The notes below the pieces were generated by a model, which made no database searches, had not been told where the DNA came from, and saw only the letters and a list, made by a program, of their open reading frames with translations. Positions 49,478 through 57,764 of a stretch of DNA of 64,000 nt are shown piece by piece. Each line of letters starts with the position of its first letter. Position 1 is the first letter of the stretch. The stretch spans positions 32,001 to 96,000 of IMG/VR virus record IMGVR_UViG_3300032291_002524. One strand, written 5' to 3'. The translations under genes were made by a program, and so were the position numbers. The stretch comes from a virus.

Positions 49478-49897
49478 ATGGAAAAAATATATATAACCAA
49501 AACCGTAAAATTTAAGGATTCAATTAATGAATTGGATTTTGTAAATAGAGAAGCGTTCGGATGGGAAGATTGGGACCGCCACGATTTTATTGAAATTAAT
49601 AAAGGGAATGTAAACAGAGATGATGAACCTATTGAGATTAATTCTATGATTGAATTGCTCCAAAAAGCAAAAGATGCTGGTTCTACTCACGTAAACATTA
49701 ATTACTATACTGACCATCATGGGTATGACATTTCTGGTGTTGAGATGAGAAAATCCACTCAAGAAGAAATTGATAATTACGAGGAATTCAAATCTTCAAT
49801 TAAAGATATTGACGCTCAAATCAAAAAACTTAATGGTGAGTTAAGTAAATTAACTACCGAGAAAATGGAACTTTTTAGAAAAAGAAATAAACAATAA
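49478..49897 (+). CDS. hypothetical protein
   Basis: 139 aa with coiled-coil C-terminus. Confidence 0.7.
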   Translation: MEKIYITKTVKFKDSINELDFVNREAFGWEDWDRHDFIEINKGNVNRDDEPIEINSMIELLQKAKDAGSTHVNINYYTDHHGYDISGVEMRKSTQEEIDNYEEFKSSIKDIDAQIKKLNGELSKLTTEKMELFRKRNKQ

Positions 49898-49904
49898 GAT
49901 TATA

Positions 49905-50147
49905 ATGAAAAAAATATTTTACTTAATTATGTTAGGTACATTGTCAGTATCTTGTACCGAAAACCAAAGAGCCAAAAATTTTGGTGGAACAGAAGAAGTT
50001 CGATTAAAGAAAAATGAAATTCTCTTGAATGTGACTTGGAAGGGAGACCAAATGTGGATTTGTACTAAAGACACCTCAACAGGAACATCCTATTTCCGTG
50101 AAAAATCTAATTGGGGAGTAATGGAGGGTACCATTATCTTAAAATAA
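49905..50147 (+). CDS. small lipoprotein
   Basis: lipobox SVSC. Confidence 0.7.
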   Translation: MKKIFYLIMLGTLSVSCTENQRAKNFGGTEEVRLKKNEILLNVTWKGDQMWICTKDTSTGTSYFREKSNWGVMEGTIILK

Positions 50148-50154
50148 GATTATT

Positions 50155-50613
50155 ATGTTAAAAATAGATTTATCAGACATTGCTGACATTACTAGGTCGA
50201 TATCCGAGTATGAAATGTTAACCAATTCATTCACTCAACGAGGAACTAAAGAAGAAAAGGAACTTTTGACAGATTTTTGGAATAAAAAGGTTGTTAAAAG
50301 GGAAACATCGACTTGGATGACCTCACATGAATATGAACAATGGAAAGAAATTAATTTTCATGTCGTCGCTCAAACTTGGGGTAACACCTCATGTGGATGG
50401 CAAGGTATTGGTGGAGCTTCAATGACAAAAGCATATACCGTTATTATTGAAAATGGTTGGGCCGGGTTGGTATGTGTCTTCTATTTCGGTAAATTGGCTT
50501 ACATGTGTGAAATGGATGACAAATACAAAGTGTATGTCGAAAAAGGGTTTAGAGGATTACCAGGTCATGGTGATTGTCATGAAAAATTAACCGTGTTATA
50601 TAAATCAAAATAA
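50155..50613 (+). CDS. hypothetical protein
   Basis: QTWGNTSCGWQGIGGASMTKAYT. Confidence 0.7.
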   Translation: MLKIDLSDIADITRSISEYEMLTNSFTQRGTKEEKELLTDFWNKKVVKRETSTWMTSHEYEQWKEINFHVVAQTWGNTSCGWQGIGGASMTKAYTVIIENGWAGLVCVFYFGKLAYMCEMDDKYKVYVEKGFRGLPGHGDCHEKLTVLYKSK

Positions 50614-50653
50614 TTTTGTAATTCCAAAAAAAAAGTATTATCTTTGTATTGTT

Positions 50654-50935
50654 ATGGCAAAACAACTAAAAATTTGGAACGGTAGGGGACATGGTCGAAA
50701 ATATAGTAGAGGTCATGTTTATGTTGCGGCATACACACAAAAACAAGCAGCAGAATTGGTAAGTAAGGCATGTTTTGGTGAAGAATATCCAGATTTAGTT
50801 TCGGTGAATGAAATTAGAACTTATTACAGTTCGGGTTCGTGGGGCAATTCGATGAATGGTATCGAACCAACAGAACCTTGTGTTTACATTCAAGAAACTA
50901 GTTTTTCAAATGAAAAACCTGTAAGAATTATATAA
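50654..50935 (+). CDS. hypothetical protein
   Basis: 93 aa after a TATCTTTG promoter. Confidence 0.7.
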   Translation: MAKQLKIWNGRGHGRKYSRGHVYVAAYTQKQAAELVSKACFGEEYPDLVSVNEIRTYYSSGSWGNSMNGIEPTEPCVYIQETSFSNEKPVRII

Positions 50936-50944
50936 AAGATAATA

Positions 50945-51028
50945 TTGTGATAATGGTGTAGGGTCGGTCTCATGAGCCGAGTTGGTAGATATACCCCCCG
51001 TGTGGTTCGAATCCACAAATCACAACCA
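50945..51028 (+). ncRNA. atypical tRNA-like RNA (CAT loop, reduced D-arm)
   Basis: TTGTGAT/ATCACAA-CCA, TCGGT-CTCATGA-GCCGA, canonical T-arm. Confidence 0.55.
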
Positions 51029-51030
51029 AA

Positions 51031-51557
51031 GACCCCACGATAACAGATAACTCGTCTGTTTGTATGTGAACCCGACTAGAAGTCTTCAGGGCTATGGGGG
51101 ATAGATACATAGAGTGAAACACATATAACCCCTCATAAACGGGGTTAAGCAAGAAGGGGGAAGGTCCTTTTACGTATGTGGGAATCTCAAATTAAAAACG
51201 AGTCCCCCATTATGGGTAAAGGGGGTTAGGGACCTTAAGTGGTCGTGACATAACCCACAAGTTGTAGAAATACTGGACAATTCTACAATACACGCTCTAT
51301 CTTCCGAGCGAGACTGTCACGTAACTATGATGGTAGGGTGGAGATGTCCTGAGGGTAGCACTGAACGCTAATATGAAAAGCCTATGACGCACATGATTAG
51401 GTAAGTACTTTTGGACGGAGTGTGAGAGTATAGGCCTACCTTGGATGGTTACTATGTTCCAACGAATCTTGGGAATATGGGTAGGAATATTATGTCGCCA
51501 ACTATAAAACTAAAAGGTCTTCCCAAAATGGCGTGGGGGTGATTCAAGACCTTTTTT
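51031..51557 (+). ncRNA. candidate large structured ncRNA (~525 nt)
   Basis: no credible ORF, GC-enriched, many hairpins, 5' CCCCACG complementary to 3' CGTGGGG. Confidence 0.55.
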
Positions 51558-51673
51558 AATACTGAAGTGGCTCAATTGGTTAAAGTGTCGTTTCATTATC
51601 GGAAGATTATCAGTTTGATTCTCTTTTCCTACACTAATTGATTTTTTATCCTATAAGACTTATAATTAAATTA

Positions 51674-52939
51674 ATGGAAACGTTATCAAATATAGGAAAC
51701 AATATTGTTGGTTCCGAGATTATCAAAATCTCACAACAAATTAAAGAGATTTCAAAGACAACCCCCGTGGCAAATCTAACCATTGGTGATTTTAACTCAA
51801 AATTATGGCCAATTCCAAGTGGTCTCAGAAATAGAATTATTGACTCATATAACGAAGATTTAACCAATTACCCCAACTCAATGGGCGAGATAAATCTTCG
51901 TGAATCAATTTCAAAACACATCAAACATCAATTTGGTCTTAATTATTCTACTGATGAGATTTTGGTAGGTGGTGGAGTTCGTCCTTTGATTTATACCGTA
52001 TATAAATCTACGGTAAATTCTGATGATGAGGTTATTTACCCAACACCATCTTGGAATAACAACCACTATTGTTTCTTACACGGAGCGTCCAAACAGGAAA
52101 TTCAGTGCTTACCTGAAAACTCATTTTTTCCTACTGTTGAAGACATTGATAGTAGGATAAATGTCAACACATCATTAATTTGTATTTGTTCACCACAAAA
52201 TCCAACAGGTCGTGTAATTAATCCTGAAGTTTTAAAAGGTATATGTGAATTAATTGTTAAGGAAAATAAATTTAGAGAAACCCGAATGAATTCAAGACCG
52301 TTATATTTGTTCTTTGACCAAATATACTCTGACTTGAGTTTTGGTGATAATTTTGTTCATCCTTTACATGTTTGTCCTGAAATTAGGGATTATTTAATTT
52401 GTGCTGATGGTATTTCCAAATCACTTAACGCCACGGGTGTAAGAGTTGGTTGGGTTTTTGGTCCAAAAGATGTTATTGGTAAGATGAGTGAGATATTATC
52501 ACACATCGGAGCATGGGCACCAAAAGCGGAACAACATGCCGTATCCCGTTTTATCGATGAGTCATATGATGAATATCAAAGTCACTTGACATACGTTAAA
52601 AATGAATACGAAACCATCTCAAATGAGATTTGTGGAAAGTTTCAAGAACTTAAAGATAGGGGATACAGTGTTGATTATCAAAAACCCGAAGGTGGGATTT
52701 ATATTTCAGTTTATTTGGGTTACGTTCACCAATTCCCATCAACTGAAGAATATATTTCATTCTTAATTAACAAATGTGGACTAGGGATTGTACCATTTGA
52801 GTATTTTGGTTCAAACCAAAAAGGGTGGTTTAGAATATCGATTGGTAATATAGCTTCATTAAATTTGAACTTTATTAAGGAAACAATTGAAAATTCTGTA
52901 TTAAAATCAAAAAGTTTTGTAAATTCTATGGTCATGTAA
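51674..52939 (+). CDS. PLP-dependent class I/II aminotransferase
   Basis: SPQNPTG, FDQIYSDL, DGISKSLNATGVRVGW, WFRISIG. Confidence 0.9.
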   Translation: METLSNIGNNIVGSEIIKISQQIKEISKTTPVANLTIGDFNSKLWPIPSGLRNRIIDSYNEDLTNYPNSMGEINLRESISKHIKHQFGLNYSTDEILVGGGVRPLIYTVYKSTVNSDDEVIYPTPSWNNNHYCFLHGASKQEIQCLPENSFFPTVEDIDSRINVNTSLICICSPQNPTGRVINPEVLKGICELIVKENKFRETRMNSRPLYLFFDQIYSDLSFGDNFVHPLHVCPEIRDYLICADGISKSLNATGVRVGWVFGPKDVIGKMSEILSHIGAWAPKAEQHAVSRFIDESYDEYQSHLTYVKNEYETISNEICGKFQELKDRGYSVDYQKPEGGIYISVYLGYVHQFPSTEEYISFLINKCGLGIVPFEYFGSNQKGWFRISIGNIASLNLNFIKETIENSVLKSKSFVNSMVM

Positions 52940-52994
52940 TTGACTTTTCGTAAAATTGACTATATTTATATCACAAACAAAATTACAACATTCA

Positions 52995-53063
52995 ATGAGA
53001 ACCATTTTCATATTCGGAACACCAGCAACAGAGGGTGATACTTCCAAAGTGGAGATGGGATAA
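52995..53063 (+). CDS. putative attenuator leader peptide 2 (MRTIFIFGTPATEGDTSKVEMG)
   Basis: 22-codon ORF whose 3' end TGGAGATGGG is complementary to the 5' arm of the next terminator. Confidence 0.7.
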   Translation: MRTIFIFGTPATEGDTSKVEMG

Positions 53064-53085
53064 TATTGTCTTTTAGACCTTAAAG

Positions 53086-53117
53086 AAACCCATCTCCAAA
53101 AAAGATGGGTTTTTTTT
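53086..53117 (+). terminator. conditional terminator of attenuator 2
   Basis: AAACCCATCT-CCAAAAA-AGATGGGTTTTTTTT. Confidence 0.85.
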
Positions 53118-53125
53118 GTTACCTA

Positions 53126-53202
53126 TTTGGCAAATCAAAAATAATGTTGTATCTTTGTATTGTTGTTGATGATAACAACATAACAAAAGAGTTCTTTGAC
53201 AT
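53126..53202 (+). promoter_or_regulatory. Bacteroidota-type promoter plus boxA
   Basis: TTTG (53126) N20 TATCTTTG (53150-53157); GTTCTTTGACAT (53191-53202). Confidence 0.65.
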
Positions 53203-53285
53203 ATTGGAAACCAAAAAAAAAATAAATTGGTTAGGATAACCAACTTTTTTAAGGGTTCGTAATATTTATCATTAAATGATATATT

Positions 53286-54191
53286 ATGTATAAATGTGGA
53301 TATTGCGAAAAAGATTTTAAGAATAAGGGAGGTTATGTAAGACATAATAAAACCTGTAAAATTGTTGATAATATTAGAGATGATGTTTACCGATTATATG
53401 TTGATGATTTGTGGAGTATAAAAGACATTGAAAAAAAATATAAGATTGGCCATAATACGGTCAATCAGATTTTAGGAGATTCAAAAAGAACACAATCTGA
53501 AGGTAATAAAACAGCTCGTAAGAAATATCCTGAAAATTTTAAACATACTGAAAAATCTAAACAAATTTTAAGGGAGAAACGATTAAAATTTATGAAAGAT
53601 AATCCCGACAAAACTGCTTGGAGATTAAAGAATATATCATACCCTGAAAAATTGTTTTATAACAAAGTTATTGAATTAGGGTGGGATAAGAAGTATTCAA
53701 TTAAACGAGAATACTCAGTATTTCCATATTTTATTGATTTTGCGTTTTTAAATGAAAAAGTTGCCGTTGAAATTGACGGTTCTCAACACCTTCTTCCTGA
53801 ACGAAAATTAAAAGACAGTGAAAAAGACGATTTATTAATTTCAAATGGATGGAATGTTATTAGGATATCTGAATATAAAATAAAAACCGAAATTGAAAAT
53901 GTCTTTGTTGAAATATTACAAGTTTTAAATAAAAATGTTAAACCTAAATTACATAGAGTTGGAATCGTATTACACCCAAAGAAAAACCAAAAGAAAAAAC
54001 GAGAAAAAAATGGATTGACAAAAGAACAACTAAATTCTATTAAATCTCAAAGAAAAATTAACAGACCTGATTATAAAACATTAATTAACGAAGTAAAAGA
54101 ATTTGGTTTTAATAAAACAGGTAAAAAATACGGGGTTAGTGATAACGCGATTAGAAAATGGGTTAAATTTTATGAAAAATATGAAAATTAA
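53286..54191 (+). CDS. DUF559/Vsr-like homing endonuclease with NUMOD3 and HTH motifs
   Basis: YFIDFAF...VAVEIDGSQH...KDDLL..NGWNVIRI; HTEKSKQIL. Confidence 0.8.
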   Translation: MYKCGYCEKDFKNKGGYVRHNKTCKIVDNIRDDVYRLYVDDLWSIKDIEKKYKIGHNTVNQILGDSKRTQSEGNKTARKKYPENFKHTEKSKQILREKRLKFMKDNPDKTAWRLKNISYPEKLFYNKVIELGWDKKYSIKREYSVFPYFIDFAFLNEKVAVEIDGSQHLLPERKLKDSEKDDLLISNGWNVIRISEYKIKTEIENVFVEILQVLNKNVKPKLHRVGIVLHPKKNQKKKREKNGLTKEQLNSIKSQRKINRPDYKTLINEVKEFGFNKTGKKYGVSDNAIRKWVKFYEKYEN

Positions 54192-54216
54192 TCTTATCTT
54201 TGTCCTATAATTTTAA

Positions 54217-54290
54217 GGTCCTGTGGAGAACGATAGCTATCTCATCACCCTTTCACGGTGGAGTATCGGGGGCGGCACCCGACAGGACTA
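54217..54290 (+). tRNA. tRNA-Glu(TTC), atypical T-loop
   Basis: TCACC-CTTTCAC-GGTGG; T-loop GGCGGCA. Confidence 0.8.
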
Positions 54291-54346
54291 CAAAAAAAAA
54301 AGATTTGGTAAATTAAAAAATTATCATTATCTTTGAATTATCAAAT

Positions 54347-54439
54347 AGTCAGGTGGCGGAATGGTAGACGCTTTTGGATTCTCTGTCCGATACCTTTGTT
54401 AAGGCAAAAAGCTTACAGGTTCGAATCCTGTCCTGACTA
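54347..54439 (+). ncRNA. tRNA-Leu-like scaffold D (43-nt insert)
   Basis: same conserved arms. Confidence 0.75.
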
Positions 54440-54513
54440 CAAAAATATTGGGTCCCGTACGGAATCGGGTGATGAGTGAAGGGTTGCCGACTCTGTTTCA
54501 CCGCTCAAAGCAT

Positions 54514-54605
54514 AGTCAGCTAGGAAGAAGGTCGGTTCGAGTCCGATGGAAGGTCATGGATGACGGGTAGCTCCCTGCAGAGAGGTTCGAATCCTCTCCT
54601 GACTA
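54514..54605 (+). ncRNA. tRNA-like scaffold E (D-arm replaced; second T-arm-like hairpin)
   Basis: AGTCAG/CTGACT-A acceptor; TCGG-TTCGAGT-CCGA and AGAGG-TTCGAAT-CCTCT. Confidence 0.6.
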
Positions 54606-54996
54606 CAAAGTGTTGTTCCCTTGATAAAGGAAATGTAAAGATTAGTGATATTACTTGAATTATGGAAAACATAATCGTACACTACAACACTGAGGGATTA
54701 TCATCCTCACTTTCTGTATCTCACGTGGAAAAACTTCTTACGGAAGCGGTAAAATGGAGATTAAGGATTCGCAATCCTCTCTGACGTAAGATGTGAAACC
54801 ACACTGATTATTAAAACTGCTTGTTAAAGTGATTTACGCTAGTTGGAAATAACTGGTATTGTCTAAACCTTAATCAGTCTCCCAAGGGTGAGCAAGTTGT
54901 AATACAATACAGAGTGAACAGTACGGCTGCGAATTGTGAGTGTTACAACTGAGTGCAGATGGAAACACCTAGTCATGTGTATAAACTAACTAACAT

Positions 54997-55177
54997 AGTC
55001 AGGTGGCGAAATGGTTAGACGCTACCAGCGAGAGGTACTCCACCCATGGTAAATAACCCTATTTAGTGATTCAAATAGGTGCTGGGTTATTGGACACACG
55101 ATTGAAACATACCATCAAATGTGTTAGACGTGACCGATGTGCGAGAGAGGTTACAGGTTCGAATCCTGTCCTGACTA
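54997..55177 (+). ncRNA. tRNA-Leu-like scaffold F (130-nt insert)
   Basis: same conserved arms. Confidence 0.75.
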
Positions 55178-55325
55178 CAAAATTCAGGATTAATTACCCT
55201 GAAATAATGGAAGGTTCGAAACTTCCGATTGATTATGGTGTAAAGGCGCACAGCGAACTGAGTAGGTCGGTGGACCGGAAGGAACGCGGGATTAAGGTTC
55301 GAATCCTTATTAATCAGCAAAATTA

Positions 55326-55400
55326 GCTTCTGTAGTTTAGCAGGTAAAATAACTGACTTGTAATCAGTAGTCCCCAGTTCAAATCTGGGTGGAAGCTCCA
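55326..55400 (+). tRNA. tRNA-Thr(TGT)
   Basis: ACTGA-CTTGTAA-TCAGT; CCA. Confidence 0.88.
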
Positions 55401-55407
55401 AACAAAT

Positions 55408-55482
55408 AGCGGGGTAGAGCAGAGGTAGCTTACAAGGCTCATAATCTTGTGGTCAGTGGTTCGAATCCACTCCCCGCCACCA
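55408..55482 (+). tRNA. tRNA-Met(CAT), initiator-like
   Basis: A1.C72 mismatch, GCGGGG/CCCCGC stem, CCA. Confidence 0.8.
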
Positions 55483-55837
55483 AATAATTCAATAGTGTAA
55501 ACAAGTAATAGGCCGGCACATGATGGTCTCTCTATATTAAGAGTAGAGTTAAACTCAGCCACAAAGAGGAACGGTAAGGCCTCCTTGAATTATTAACAAA
55601 TAACTCTATAACAGAATTAATTCTGTGAAATTGGGTAAATGAGGGTTAAATGGTTTGACAATCCTGAGACGCGTTTGGAATAAACCGTTAGAGCATTTAA
55701 CAAGTAGTTTACATTGTAGGTTCGATTCCTACTAGAGTTACCAAAAAGTTATGTGTTAATACATCTGACGGCAATTAGATATTAATATGTTAACTTCTAT
55801 CGTTCTTAATCTTTGCCGAGATAAAGGGTGGTAGTTA

Positions 55838-55910
55838 TTCCTGTAAGTGTGATGGCAAAACACCGGACACGGAGTCCGGAGTCGGAGGTTCGAGTCCCCC
55901 ACAGGAACCA
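55838..55910 (+). pseudogene. atypical tRNA-like element (loop CACGGAG, lacks U33)
   Basis: TTCCTGT/ACAGGAA-CCA; CCGGA/TCCGG arm; T-loop TTCGAGT. Confidence 0.5.
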
Positions 55911-55916
55911 AATATA

Positions 55917-56008
55917 TGCAGGTTAGAGTAGAGGACAAACTCACTGGGCTCATAACCCAGAGTCTCTGAAAGGGGACACGTCTGGTTCGAATCCAGCACC
56001 TGCTACCA
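55917..56008 (+). tRNA. tRNA-Met(CAT), initiator-like with long variable arm
   Basis: U1.U72 mismatch, CTGGG-CTCATAA-CCCAG (three G-C pairs), GTCTCT-GAA-AGGGGAC extra arm. Confidence 0.75.
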
Positions 56009-56069
56009 AAATGTCGTTCGTACTTGACTCCAATCGATTATTACACTTGTCATGTACGGGCAACTCCAC

Positions 56070-56145
56070 GCGAGTGTCGTATAGTGGCTTATTATGTTAG
56101 ACTTCCAATCTAAAGACGAGATTTCGATTATCTCCACTCGCTCCA
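56070..56145 (+). tRNA. tRNA-Gly(TCC)
   Basis: TTAGA-CTTCCAA-TCTAA; U73; CCA. Confidence 0.88.
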
Positions 56146-56420
56146 AAAGAACCTTTCCTTACATAGGACGGATTAGCACCGTTGAAAGACAATCTTTGGC
56201 TTCGTGGGAGTATCTACCCAATGAAGTATAAATGGCCCAAAGTGTGATGTGATGGACCCTGCTCTGTAGTGCACTTACACCAGGTGAACAGTAAACTATG
56301 TTCAGTCAAATCCACAACTACGGTGAGCGTAGAAGGAAAGTTTCTTTTTTAAGTGGACCTTTCAGTTGAAAGGGACCAATCCGAAGTCGTCCTACAAGAT
56401 TAGAAACGTCTTCGGCATTT

Positions 56421-56492
56421 GCGGGAGTAGCTCAGGGGTAGAGCGTCTGCTTGCCAAGCAGAAAGTCGAAGGTTCAAATCCTTTTTCCCGCT
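56421..56492 (+). tRNA. tRNA-Gly(GCC)
   Basis: TCTGC-TTGCCAA-GCAGA; U73. Confidence 0.88.
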
Positions 56493-56531
56493 CTGGGTTG
56501 GTTTTTGGACCAATTTATAATATATATAAAT

Positions 56532-57209
56532 ATGGGTAGAAAACCTTACAAATATCATTATCTGTATAAAACTACTAATATGTTAAATAACAAATATTAC
56601 ATTGGGATGCACTCTACTAATAATTTAGAAGATGGATACATAGGTAGTGGTGATAGAATTAGAAGAAGTTTGAAAAAATATGGTAAAGAAAATTTTAATT
56701 TTGAAATTATAAATTTTTTTGAAAATAGGGAATTGTTAAAACAAGCCGAAAAAGAAATAATAACTGATGAAATATTGAATGATGATTTATGTATGAACAT
56801 TTGTTATGGTGGTGGGGGTGGATATATAAGTCCTGATGGGGTTAAAAAGGGAAGAATAAAAACTGATAAAATTCTTAAGGAGAAATACGGTGAAAATTTT
56901 AGAAATGTAATTTTTAGGCAATACTACGATAATTTATCTGACGAAGAAAAAAAAGAATGGAAGAAAAAAATATCCAAATCTTTGAAAATTTATTATGAAA
57001 CACATTTGAATTCTTTTACAGGTAAAAAACATACCGAACTTACTAAAAAAAAGATAGGAGAAAAAAATTCTATTCATCAAAAAGGGGAAAAAAACTCTCA
57101 ATTTGGAACTTGTTGGATAACAAATGGTGAAATAAATTTAAAAATTAAAAAATGTGATGTATATCAATATCCTGAATGGAATAAAGGTAGAACATTAAAA
57201 AAGAAATAA
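56532..57209 (+). CDS. GIY-YIG (Seg-like) homing endonuclease
   Basis: YLYKTTNMLNNKYYIGMH...GYIGSG; NUMOD3 GKKHTELTKKKIG. Confidence 0.88.
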   Translation: MGRKPYKYHYLYKTTNMLNNKYYIGMHSTNNLEDGYIGSGDRIRRSLKKYGKENFNFEIINFFENRELLKQAEKEIITDEILNDDLCMNICYGGGGGYISPDGVKKGRIKTDKILKEKYGENFRNVIFRQYYDNLSDEEKKEWKKKISKSLKIYYETHLNSFTGKKHTELTKKKIGEKNSIHQKGEKNSQFGTCWITNGEINLKIKKCDVYQYPEWNKGRTLKKK

Positions 57210-57257
57210 GGGTCCGAGGGAGTCCCTGAAAGGAATAAATATCCTGTCCCTATCCAT

Positions 57258-57329
57258 GGTCTATTGGTGAAATAGTTATCATATCTGCCTGTCACGCAGA
57301 AGTCCTCGGAGCGTAACCGGGATAGACCG
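57258..57329 (+). tRNA. tRNA-Asp(GTC), atypical T-loop
   Basis: TCTGC-CTGTCAC-GCAGA; G73; T-loop AGCGTAA. Confidence 0.8.
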
Positions 57330-57553
57330 CAATGAGTAAGAGATACTCAGTAGTCTTTCATCCAAGACTCATTTAACAATGGATGGGGTTAAAAAACACC
57401 ACCCTAAGGTAATCGGTTCGGGATAAAACAGCATCAGGCCTGATGACTGCCGACGTATTGGGCTGACGTTTTCAAGGGGGTAAGACTCCGCAGGGTTACA
57501 AACAGGAAACCGGGAAAAATCTACTTATCCGTAATCTCAGGGTGGGGTAATAT

Positions 57554-57639
57554 AGTCAGGTGGCGGAATGGTAACGCAATGTTTCTAGACGAAGTTCAGC
57601 CGGGGGAGGCTGTTGCAGGTTCGAATCCTGTCCTGACTA
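57554..57639 (+). ncRNA. tRNA-Leu-like scaffold G (37-nt insert)
   Basis: same conserved arms. Confidence 0.72.
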
Positions 57640-57764
57640 CATTGATGGGTGGTTCTTCTCCCTGAACAGGTGGCTTGGTAATCAAGGAACTGAATGTTTT
57701 TAGAACATTTGCAGAAATACTGGTAGAACAGTGAAGATGACGGCTCGGAAAGTACGAGCAAAAT

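Noticed and set aside
51031-51557. RNase P RNA or group I intron
   Set aside because: No GAGGAAAGUCC or P4 consensus, and no interrupted gene is visible.
51560-51635. tRNA gene before the aminotransferase
   Set aside because: Only a D-arm-like remnant is present; acceptor and T stems do not pair.
57448-57512. Hammerhead ribozyme (CTGATGA...GAAAC); similar cores near 43174 and 46458
   Set aside because: Stems II and III do not close adjacent to the core motifs.
57578-57614. Amber-suppressor anticodon (TTCTAGA) in scaffold G / alternative genetic code
   Set aside because: No 5-bp stem around a 7-nt loop, and long genes read uninterrupted in code 11.
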